This document shows, piece by piece, positions 32,807 through 40,208 of a stretch of 64,000 nt of DNA. The position numbers and the translations under genes were made by a program. The DNA comes from a virus, in IMG/VR virus record IMGVR_UViG_3300045988_183505, positions 32,001 through 96,000 of that record, one strand, 5' to 3'. Under the pieces are notes generated by a model, which saw only the letters and a list, made by a program, of their open reading frames with translations, searched no databases and had not been told where the DNA came from. How positions within the stretch are numbered: the first letter of the stretch is position 1; every line of letters begins with the position of its first letter.

Positions 32807-34530
32807 TGCCGGAAATCACACTCGATGAGCTTTTACAGGAAGTGAAAGCAAAGGAAGAAAAGATGGGTGAATCGCCGGACGTTACTGCCAAAATCAATTT
32901 GACAGCTACACGACTGGAACAAACGGCACGGTCTGGTTCTGTAAAGATTCTGACAGACTACGATGCAGACGGTATTTGTTCCGCATTCATTATGCAAAGG
33001 ACAATTCAGAGCATTGCTCCAGACACCCATGTGGAAGTACAGTGCAATGACCGCAGAGGCTCATATGGCGTTTCCAGTGAGATAGAAAGTGATGGTGTTT
33101 CAAAGTATATCGTACTGGATATGGGAAGCAACCAGCTCCAGCAGTTACAAGAAACATTAGGTGATGATGTTATTATCATTGACCATCACTTAATAGAAGA
33201 ACAGATAAACATAGATGCTTTCAATTACAATACACGTCTTTTGAATCCGCATAGTATGTCTTATGAAGAAGGCAACAGTGCAGATTATTGTGCAACAGGG
33301 CTTGTATATCGTCTCTATCAGCAAATGCAGGAACGTATCCCAGAAATGATACATAGCGAAAAGCAAGACAACACTATCGCTATTATGGCAGCAATCGGCA
33401 CTGCTGCGGATATGGTCGATGTTATGGATATGCGTTCCAACAATCGACAGATTCTGAAAGACGGCGTAGAAAAGATAAATAATGCAGACGAGAACAACAT
33501 TGAATATCCGATTGGCTATATGCTTGCTACAGCTGGTATCGGGCAGGACGATGTGACCGCCCATGATGTAGCTTTCAATGTTGGTGCATTCCTGAATGCA
33601 GCTTCACGAATGAGTGAAATCCTGCAAGAAAACGGTGCTCAGAGAATGTATGATGCTATCTCCAGCGGAGACAATCCGGCAACTTATCAGCAGATTGATA
33701 TACTTGCCGAAATCAACAAAGACCGGAAAGCTTACATCAGTGAACTTACCGGTACTGAAAGCTATCGTCAATTCTTAGAAGAACAGAGAAATAGCCCCAA
33801 CAACATTGCCCTTTATGAATTGCCACAGGATACCCCAGCTGCCTTTGCTGGACTTGTTGCAGGCAAGTTGGCAGAAGCAACGGACAAAGCTATCATCTGT
33901 GTCACTTACAGTTCCAGCAGAGAATGCTATACCGGAAGCGGCAGAAATGTTGCATCAAACGAAACTGGCTTGAAAGATTTTTTGGACAGCCTTGATTTAA
34001 GCGATAAGATGCAGTACGGCGGTCATACAGACGCTATCGGCATTTCACGACTAGATGATATACGCTTTCTGGAAAGTCGCTTAGAAGCCAATATAAACGC
34101 TATGGAACGCAAGTCAGGCGACAGGCTGGTATTGAAAATGTCTCCGCAGGAACTATCCTCTCCTGAGACCTTGGAAAAAATGAAAGCAATCGAACCCCTT
34201 GGCACTGGATTAAAGCTTCCACCTATGGAGATAGAGGGGAAAGAACAATATCGAAATGGTTTGTACGTCAAAAAGAATCCGTCATGGAAAAAGGTGCGTA
34301 TCAAAGCGGACGATACAACATTGAATATTCCAGACTGGTCATACTCCCCTGCCTCTTATCCGCAGGACAGCAAAGGGAACATCAAAATTCTTGCAGAAGT
34401 CGGACTGAACTCATTCAATGGGCAGAGCGTTGAACTCACTGCAAAATTTGACCGTTCTTTCCAACAAGAACGCCAGAAGGAACTCCAGCATGATAAACCA
34501 GCACCGAAAAAAGGTGCGGAAAGGGAATAA
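32806..34530 (+). CDS. recJ: RecJ-like DHH-family phosphoesterase (probable ssDNA exonuclease), ERD-like tail
   Basis: Motifs are ILTDYDADGICSA, IIIDHH (33181-33189) and the DHHA1-like GGHTDAIG. The start overlaps the upstream stop as TAATG. Ends ...APKKGAERE. Confidence 0.85.
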   Translation: MPEITLDELLQEVKAKEEKMGESPDVTAKINLTATRLEQTARSGSVKILTDYDADGICSAFIMQRTIQSIAPDTHVEVQCNDRRGSYGVSSEIESDGVSKYIVLDMGSNQLQQLQETLGDDVIIIDHHLIEEQINIDAFNYNTRLLNPHSMSYEEGNSADYCATGLVYRLYQQMQERIPEMIHSEKQDNTIAIMAAIGTAADMVDVMDMRSNNRQILKDGVEKINNADENNIEYPIGYMLATAGIGQDDVTAHDVAFNVGAFLNAASRMSEILQENGAQRMYDAISSGDNPATYQQIDILAEINKDRKAYISELTGTESYRQFLEEQRNSPNNIALYELPQDTPAAFAGLVAGKLAEATDKAIICVTYSSSRECYTGSGRNVASNETGLKDFLDSLDLSDKMQYGGHTDAIGISRLDDIRFLESRLEANINAMERKSGDRLVLKMSPQELSSPETLEKMKAIEPLGTGLKLPPMEIEGKEQYRNGLYVKKNPSWKKVRIKADDTTLNIPDWSYSPASYPQDSKGNIKILAEVGLNSFNGQSVELTAKFDRSFQQERQKELQHDKPAPKKGAERE

Positions 34531-35505
34531 ATGATGGGCAGTTATATTGATAAAAAAACCAGAGAAGCTATGGCGAATGAACCGTCAATGCAGGAAGTTG
34601 CTGACGCTGCATTGAAAAAGGCTGATGCCTTGATGCACGACTTGCAAGAAATCAACCTTGACGTTTACATAGACAAAAAAGGAGCTGAACAGCATAGCAA
34701 GGCAAAAGTATCTGTTCGCCAGAGTATGATGCGTGATGATAATGGAAAGTACACCATTCCAGAAATACACAAAGATGGTTCTCCAGCATACGTTTATGAA
34801 ATCGGTATTATGCACGGTAATGAAACAGTCGCCCTTACCGGAAAAGATACAAATGATTGTAATTATATTGGTGTCCGGAAATGGGATAATGAAGCTCCAA
34901 ATAAAAAAGGTACGACTGGAAATATGACCTATTTCAGAGAAGCGGATATTTCCGGTGCAGACCTAAAGCCTACTACGAAAGCTGTTGCTGCTTATGCCAG
35001 AGAATCCGGCTTTGTAAAGGAAACGGTTTGGAAGCAGCGAAAGCAGGAACATTCTTCTCCAGAAACACCCAAGGCAACTCAGCCGCAAAAGTCCTCTCCT
35101 GCTCCAAAGGAACTTTCAATGCAGGAAAGAGCAGAAAATGTAAACGATTTTCTTCGTGCAAAAACTCCCAAAATGATTGTTCAGGGGCGGCTTGTTTCTG
35201 ACGGTACAGCAGAATATCGTAATGACGAACATCACGGCGAACGGATTCTTATGGTAAGCAGAAGCTGCAATGCGGCTGTAACAGTCAGAGATACTGAACA
35301 GGGTGCATCTGTTGAAATCGGAGTTCGTAATAAGGACGGCAACATTGAACGCTTCTCCGGTAATACAAATTGGGACATAGATAAGTATATTACCGACAGC
35401 ACATTTGCCACCGCTATAAAGAACGTAAAAGCTGAAATTGATAAGTCACATGGTCTGACACCGGAACACGGTTCTACCAGACCAAAAAGTAACATCGAAA
35501 GATAA
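34531..35505 (+). CDS. hypothetical protein, ERD-type tail (last gene of the plus array)
   Basis: 324 aa. The ATG directly follows the upstream TAA. Ends ...RPKSNIER. Confidence 0.65.
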   Translation: MMGSYIDKKTREAMANEPSMQEVADAALKKADALMHDLQEINLDVYIDKKGAEQHSKAKVSVRQSMMRDDNGKYTIPEIHKDGSPAYVYEIGIMHGNETVALTGKDTNDCNYIGVRKWDNEAPNKKGTTGNMTYFREADISGADLKPTTKAVAAYARESGFVKETVWKQRKQEHSSPETPKATQPQKSSPAPKELSMQERAENVNDFLRAKTPKMIVQGRLVSDGTAEYRNDEHHGERILMVSRSCNAAVTVRDTEQGASVEIGVRNKDGNIERFSGNTNWDIDKYITDSTFATAIKNVKAEIDKSHGLTPEHGSTRPKSNIER

Positions 35506-35526
35506 GAGAATTGTATTAAAGAAACG

Positions 35527-35558
35527 AAGCCCTGCTCCAGACGGAGCAAGGCTTTTTT
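35527..35558. terminator. bidirectional intrinsic terminator at the convergence point
   Basis: AAGCCcTGCTCC-agac-GGAGCAaGGCTT is followed by TTTTTT on the plus strand and by T-rich sequence on the minus strand. It sits between the stops at 35505 and 35561. Confidence 0.75.
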
Positions 35559-35560
35559 GT

Positions 35561-36688
35561 TTATATCGCATCTAACACATTGACCGCTTCTTCATACTGG
35601 TCGTTTGTCAAATGAATATAGATATTGTAAGTGGTTGTGACACTGGAGTGACCCAGCAATTTTGAAACCACTTTTATATCAATCTTCTTTGCCAGTAGCA
35701 AACTGCCAAATGTATGTCTTAATTCATGTGTTGTCAGCATTGGCAAATTTCCTGCCTTGCACACCTGCTGCAAATGATACCGGATTATCTCTCGCTCAGG
35801 AAGATTTCCATTGCTTTGTACAAAAACATACTCCGAACTTTTTACTTTTCGGAAGTAAGCAATCAATTCCCTTGCCTGCCTGTCAAGCGGTATCTTACGA
35901 ATACTACATTCTGTTTTTGGTGTTTTCAGAACAAAATCGCTGCCGATTGTATTAAACTTATCATCATATTCGTTTATACGGATTCTGTTGTGATTGATAA
36001 ATATTGCGTCATTTCTTACATCGCACCATCGAAGCCCCATCAGCTCTCCGACACGAACACCGGTATGTGCGATAAACAATAACATCAATCTCGTATTTGT
36101 AACTTCTTCATACGACTTTCCTTTCATTATGGTGTTTGTAAATATTCGCATTTCTTCCTCGTCAAAAAAGACGTGTTCTTTCTGCTCCAAAAACATATTC
36201 TTCTTCAATGTCAATTTCGACACTGGATTTATTGTCATTAGTTTCTCTGTAACCGCCAGCTCGAACATCTCCAGAAGAACCTGTTTTATTCTCTTTGCAG
36301 TTCCATACCGAATACTCTTTTTATACCCAAGAAAAAAGTCCATCAACATTTTTGTCGTAATGCACGTCACTGGTTTGTTGACAAAATCGTACTCAGAACC
36401 TTTTAATGTTGTGATATAACTTACATAAGTATCATACGTTGCAAGTCCTGTCGTATCTCTTGTTTTGGTCAAAAAATGCTTGTAATATTCCAGCACTGTT
36501 GTTCTTGTCAGCAGCCGGATTCCATTTTCTTCTCGATATGTCTGATATGCTTTGAAGCGTTCCAAACAAATCGCTTTTGTTTTTCCGGTAAACGATTTTC
36601 TCCCCTCTGGGAATGTATACCGATATGTATACAATTTCTTTGTACTAGAAAAATTCCATGACCCCTCTCCGTTTGCTCTTTTACCCAT
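35561..36688 (-). CDS. int: tyrosine recombinase / integrase (canonical catalytic residues)
   Basis: Catalytic motifs are GLRWCDV (Arg), HELRHTFGS (H-x-x-R) and LLGHSSVTTTYNIYIHL (His, Tyr). The likely start is MGKRANGEGSW at 36688, whereas the track ORF extends to 36733 across a cluster of binding-site-like repeats. Confidence 0.92.
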   Translation of the reverse strand: MGKRANGEGSWNFSSTKKLYTYRYTFPEGRKSFTGKTKAICLERFKAYQTYREENGIRLLTRTTVLEYYKHFLTKTRDTTGLATYDTYVSYITTLKGSEYDFVNKPVTCITTKMLMDFFLGYKKSIRYGTAKRIKQVLLEMFELAVTEKLMTINPVSKLTLKKNMFLEQKEHVFFDEEEMRIFTNTIMKGKSYEEVTNTRLMLLFIAHTGVRVGELMGLRWCDVRNDAIFINHNRIRINEYDDKFNTIGSDFVLKTPKTECSIRKIPLDRQARELIAYFRKVKSSEYVFVQSNGNLPEREIIRYHLQQVCKAGNLPMLTTHELRHTFGSLLLAKKIDIKVVSKLLGHSSVTTTYNIYIHLTNDQYEEAVNVLDAI

Positions 36689-36721
36689 ACATCTCCTGTT
36701 CCGTTGGCTTATATACTGGAT

Positions 36722-36759
36722 TTGGTAGACCAAAATGGTATACCAACGGGTATGCCAAC
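36722..36759. repeat. cluster of GGTA-N-ACCAA-type half-sites upstream of int
   Basis: TTGGTAGACCAA (36722-36733), GGTATACCAAC (36737-36747) and GGTATGCCAAC (36749-36759). The arm sequence TATACCAA is the same as in sites A, B and C. Confidence 0.55.
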
Positions 36760-36778
36760 CCTAATAAATCCCAATAAA

Positions 36779-36790
36779 CGTTGTCATGTA
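36779..36790 (-). promoter_or_regulatory. 12-mer TACATGACAACG, copy 2 (just downstream of the int promoter)
   Basis: An exact minus-strand 12-mer. A related GGTAACAACGACCG lies 10 nt upstream of it. Confidence 0.6.
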
Positions 36791-36817
36791 ATAACGGTCG
36801 TTGTTACCACACTACAA

Positions 36818-36846
36818 ATGTTATCATCTACTATATGTCTTGTCAA
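36818..36846 (-). promoter_or_regulatory. putative integrase promoter
   Basis: Minus strand: TTGACA (36846-36841), 17-nt spacer, TAACAT (36823-36818). Confidence 0.5.
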
Positions 36847-36883
36847 GAGAATTGCCAAAAAAGCAAGTAAAATCAAGGCTTAA

Positions 36884-36924
36884 AACAAAATAAAAGAGAC
36901 AATCACCGAACGATTGCCTCTTTT
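36884..36924 (-). terminator. intrinsic terminator (minus-strand T-run; A-run on the other side)
   Basis: AGAGaCAATC-accgaac-GATTGcCTCT forms a 10-bp stem with one mismatch. It is followed on the minus strand by TTTTATTTTGTTTT. Confidence 0.55.
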
Positions 36925-37002
36925 GGAGAAGGTATTTTTGTTACTTATGGGGTGTAAGAAAAATGTCCTTTTTTCCCTTATTTTATCAGCTTTTTGAACT
37001 GT

Positions 37003-37024
37003 GGTATACCAACCAATATACCAA
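37003..37024. repeat. second pair of TATACCAA half-sites
   Basis: GGTATACCAACCAATATACCAA. The 11-mer GGTATACCAAC is identical to 36737-36747. Confidence 0.5.
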
Positions 37025-37086
37025 TAGTTTTTCATTACATCAGCTATACAAAGTGCAATCTCTCTGCTACTATTATACCACAGATG

Positions 37087-37224
37087 CAAAAAAAGCACCA
37101 TAGCTGGGACTATGGTGCTTGTGAAATAAAAGTGATACACGCACATTCTGCGTTGCTTGCAATGCCACTCCCAATATTTCATGGGAGATTTTCTTCTTTC
37201 GTGAATGGTCTGCACCATCTCACA
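37087..37224 (-). ncRNA. candidate small RNA (~140 nt) delimited by its own promoter and terminator
   Basis: It runs from the promoter at 37231-37259 to the hairpin AGCACCATAG-loop-CTATGGTGCT (37094-37119) plus TTTTTTT. Internal stems are GATGGT/ACCATT and CTCCCA/TGGGAG. The only ORF here (36880..37218) lacks an RBS and reads through the terminator. Confidence 0.45.
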
Positions 37225-37230
37225 GTTACT

Positions 37231-37259
37231 ATTATATCAGTTTACATAATACAAGTCAA
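37231..37259 (-). promoter_or_regulatory. near-consensus promoter of the candidate sRNA
   Basis: Minus strand: TTGACT (37259-37254), 17-nt spacer, TATAAT (37236-37231). Confidence 0.65.
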
Positions 37260-37373
37260 TGAAACGCTGATAAAATCTACGTTTTAGCCAGATTTGCGAA
37301 TTGCATTTTCAGCATAATTGCCGAAATAAACAAAAATAAACACTTGTAAACCACATAATAATAAGGAACAAAC

Positions 37374-37691
37374 TCAGCTCATAAGCTCTAGCCAATTCGC
37401 AGCATCTTCAAATCCACCCTTGCGGAGCAGGTCTGCGATTGAATCTTCGCCTTCAACTGTACCGTTTGCATTCCTTACGAATACGCTAAGTCGTTCTACA
37501 ACGCTTGTTAAAGAAGTAATCTCAGATTGCAAAGACTGAAACGCCTCTGTCGTGTTGTCATTATCATTCATTGCTGAAAAAATCATGAATTGGCTCATAT
37601 TCATGCCAAGTTTCTCGGCTTTATTCCGAATGGCTTCATACTGTGCTTCTGTCATTCGGATTTGTACCGGTTTGGTCTTGTTTTCTGCCAT
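37374..37691 (-). CDS. ribbon-helix-helix protein, MobC-like relaxosome accessory factor or regulator
   Basis: The start is refined to MAENKTKP at 37691, directly after the upstream stop. VQIRMTEAQYEAIRNKAEKLGMNMSQFM is an RHH/MobC-like segment. Confidence 0.6.
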   Translation of the reverse strand: MAENKTKPVQIRMTEAQYEAIRNKAEKLGMNMSQFMIFSAMNDNDNTTEAFQSLQSEITSLTSVVERLSVFVRNANGTVEGEDSIADLLRKGGFEDAANWLELMS

Positions 37692-37693
37692 GT

Positions 37694-38161
37694 TTATTGC
37701 CTCCTGCTTTTTTTGCTGTTGAAAGTTATCACACATAACGCAACCTCTCCTATAAAGATAGACAATGCCGGTATCATACCAAATACTACGCCAAATGCCT
37801 GAAATTCCATACCATTTAGAACACTGTCTTGATTTATTTGTATAATCCACACGTTATGCAATATTGTAAATATGATACTGTAAGTTAGCATTGCCGTCAA
37901 CACCAGCCACTCTACCAAAAGTAATAGCATTTTCTGAAACGGCAAAGGCTTTCGTGTAAGAAAATACAGTACCGGAATCACAATTGGCATTCCTAATGCG
38001 TATAAGCCAAGCACAGTTGTGCTGCTTCCTTTCTGGACAGCGTAATCTAATCCCGAAAAAACTATCCAACAAATCAGCTGCACCCAAGCACATTCTGCAA
38101 GCCTTGCATAAAAGAACCTTTCCTCTGCTTTTTTATTCTTTAAGTTCATGGTTCTTTTCAC
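37694..38161 (-). CDS. integral membrane protein (about 4 TM helices)
   Basis: 155 aa and largely hydrophobic. Confidence 0.6.
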   Translation of the reverse strand: MKRTMNLKNKKAEERFFYARLAECAWVQLICWIVFSGLDYAVQKGSSTTVLGLYALGMPIVIPVLYFLTRKPLPFQKMLLLLVEWLVLTAMLTYSIIFTILHNVWIIQINQDSVLNGMEFQAFGVVFGMIPALSIFIGEVALCVITFNSKKSRRQ

Positions 38162-38176
38162 CTGATTCTTCTTATC

Positions 38177-38419
38177 TCATACCAAAATGGAAGACAGGGC
38201 AGCCATAGCTTTCTCCACATCTTCTTCCTCTCCAGACAAAACCAGCTCTACCGGCTCAGAAATGTTCAACGAAAAGATTCCCATAATGCTTTTGGCATCA
38301 ACAACAAATCTTCCTGAACGAAGTTCTGCGTCCAGCGGCTGTTCCGAAATAACACGGACAAATTCTTTTACCTTTGCCACCGTCTCAATGTGAATGCGTG
38401 TACTTACCTTGCTCTGCAC
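38177..38419 (-). CDS. HPr-family (PtsH-like) protein with a non-canonical active-site loop
   Basis: VDAKSIMGIFSLNISEPVELVLSGEEEDVEKAMAAL aligns with the HPr segment VNLKSIMGVMSLGI..G.E..I.A.G.DE..A...L. The His15 loop reads IHIETV instead of IHARPA. The Ser46 context (KS) is retained. Confidence 0.7.
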   Translation of the reverse strand: MQSKVSTRIHIETVAKVKEFVRVISEQPLDAELRSGRFVVDAKSIMGIFSLNISEPVELVLSGEEEDVEKAMAALSSILV

Positions 38420-38466
38420 AAAAATCAGCTCCTAATACATTTATTCCAGCCGGATTCCGGCATGGT

Positions 38467-38685
38467 TCACTTATTGTTTTGCAAAGTCTGCAAATCCTTT
38501 GCCAATGATTTGCTCGTAATAAAATAGGATATGCCTTGAACAAAAAACAACCCTATCACAAGAAGAAATTGCCAACTCGATTCTGCTGCAATCAGTCCCA
38601 TAATTAAGAACCCTTTCAGCATAAAATCCGCAGAACGAACAAGAGTAATCTTTCTTTTCAGTTCTGCTATATTCTTATTCTGCAT
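38467..38685 (-). CDS. small two-helix membrane protein
   Basis: 72-aa ORF with two hydrophobic segments. Confidence 0.5.
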   Translation of the reverse strand: MQNKNIAELKRKITLVRSADFMLKGFLIMGLIAAESSWQFLLVIGLFFVQGISYFITSKSLAKDLQTLQNNK

Positions 38686-38699
38686 TTTATCGCCTCTTA

Positions 38700-39158
38700 T
38701 CAGACTTTCAGTTCCACCTTCTGCGAATCATAATTCAGATGCAAATTGATGCAAATGTCCTCAGCAATATAGTTTTCTGTTTCTTGACCATAAGCACTGT
38801 AAAACTTTTTTACCGTGCTATAAGGAACTTTTTCGCATAGTTCCTTGCTGGTATATGGAGTAATGAAATACAGCATTCGATAAATCAATCCAATAAAGCC
38901 TGCAACATCTGCTTCTTCATCATCTGCTTTTTTTACTGCATTTTCTTTTAATTTATCGTCCGCTTCTTCCAAAATGAAATCCATACATTCTACTGGGGTT
39001 TCCAACTGAAATCTGGAATACAATACATCAAATGCTCTTGAACAAAAATCGGAACTCAGAAAGAAATTTGAAAACTGCTCTATTTCATATCCGTGTCTTG
39101 CGGCATACTCATACAACCTCTGTTGTGTTCTGCAAATTTTATAATCAATGCCGTCCAT
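38700..39158 (-). CDS. hypothetical protein (two repeats of a DUF3791-like helical module; weak)
   Basis: 152 aa. Both halves end with an E(D/E)-I/F-x pattern (MDFILEE, YIAEDICINL) that is reminiscent of DUF3791. This is from memory only. Confidence 0.55.
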   Translation of the reverse strand: MDGIDYKICRTQQRLYEYAARHGYEIEQFSNFFLSSDFCSRAFDVLYSRFQLETPVECMDFILEEADDKLKENAVKKADDEEADVAGFIGLIYRMLYFITPYTSKELCEKVPYSTVKKFYSAYGQETENYIAEDICINLHLNYDSQKVELKV

Positions 39159-39203
39159 ATCTGCTCACCTGCCTTTCTTATGAACACTACATATTTTATC
39201 ATT

Positions 39204-40022
39204 TTACGCCGTTGCTCTGCAAGCAAACAAGTGTTTCTGCTTCGCAATATACTCCAGCATAATACGATTAAATTCATCTGTACTGTCAATGTTGCAAACA
39301 TGACCAGAATGCTTCAAAACCACAAGTTCTGCGTTCGTCTGCATTGCCTCAGTGGTTGCACCTTTCAAAAAGCACTTATCCCACTCCCCCAGAATGTAGC
39401 AGTTGCTCTTGTGCTTCTTTTCTGCAAATCGTTTTACCAGCGAAAAATGCTCTTTGAAAATATTCATATAAGCCTTGAACTCATACTTGTTCAAAGCTTT
39501 TGCACACTCACAGAATAACTTTCGGCTTTTTCTGCTTACTCGCATAGGCATTAAAATTTTGCTGAATATTCGATACACAAGCTTAAAAGGCAGCTTGTCT
39601 CCTATTTTTGAGAAGACGTTGACTGCCCCTTTCAGAAACGTTCCAACATCACCAATTGCTCCTACCAAAATTCCGTTCCGCACATATTTAGGATAATACA
39701 TCTCTATGTACTTGACAAACACTGTTCCCAGCGATACTCCCATAAAAACGGCTTCCCGAATATGATACTTTTCCAACACTTGAAGGATTTCTTGTGTAAT
39801 CACCGCCATTCCAGCATTTTGCAATTGTGTCAATTTGACATTTCCATCATAATGGCTTGGCAAATTGATTGCCAGCACGTTTGACACTTTTTGCAGCTCT
39901 GGTATCTGTTTCTTCCAGACACGATGATTGCCGCCAAATCCATGCAGCAGCACTGTAAACTCCATAACATCTGCACTATTGCATGGATATAGTATATGGT
40001 GTAGCACCTTTTCGATTCCCAC
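39204..40022 (-). CDS. alpha/beta-fold hydrolase
   Basis: Motifs are VLLHGFGGN, the nucleophile elbow GVSLG, and C-terminal KHSGHV. The start is uncertain (GTG 40022 or ATG 39965). Confidence 0.85.
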   Translation of the reverse strand: MGIEKVLHHILYPCNSADVMEFTVLLHGFGGNHRVWKKQIPELQKVSNVLAINLPSHYDGNVKLTQLQNAGMAVITQEILQVLEKYHIREAVFMGVSLGTVFVKYIEMYYPKYVRNGILVGAIGDVGTFLKGAVNVFSKIGDKLPFKLVYRIFSKILMPMRVSRKSRKLFCECAKALNKYEFKAYMNIFKEHFSLVKRFAEKKHKSNCYILGEWDKCFLKGATTEAMQTNAELVVLKHSGHVCNIDSTDEFNRIMLEYIAKQKHLFACRATA

Positions 40023-40026
40023 CTTT

Positions 40027-40164
40027 CAGATTTCTCTCAGGAATCTCTGACCAACCAGCATTCCGTGGCTCGATTCGTATTCTTTGATTTCTTTATGACT
40101 AAGTGTCATGCAGCAAATATCCCAACCGTCCTGAAACATATACTGATAGTATCTTATCAGCATA
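40027..40164 (-). CDS. 45-aa micro-ORF, paralogue of 40209..40349
   Basis: Hand-translated as MLIRYYQYMFQDGWDICCMTLSHKEIKEYESSHGMLVGQRFLREI. GAAGGG lies 5-6 nt upstream. It shares F.DG[YW]-x7-S..E-x6-HG.LV with its neighbour. Confidence 0.4.
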
Positions 40165-40208
40165 TCCGTTCCCTTCAAGTACCACTTGCCGTTTCTCTTT
40201 TCCACTTG

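Noticed and set aside
15423-35505. The ERD tails might simply be the Shine-Dalgarno sequence (GAAAGGGA) of the next gene read in frame.
   Set aside because: The E-R-D codons vary (GAA AGG GAT, GAA AGA GAC, GAG CGA, GAC AGG GAT, GAA CGT GAT). Four tails (17768, 23317, 35505, 43325) are not followed by a start at RBS distance. The preceding P-K-K stretch is also conserved. RBS overlap probably contributes in three cases (23825, 29687, 34530) but cannot explain the family.
36880-37218. 112-aa minus-strand ORF between the MobC-like gene and int.
   Set aside because: It has no RBS and reads through a strong intrinsic terminator (37087-37119) and across recombinase half-sites. I interpret it instead as one or two short non-coding transcripts.
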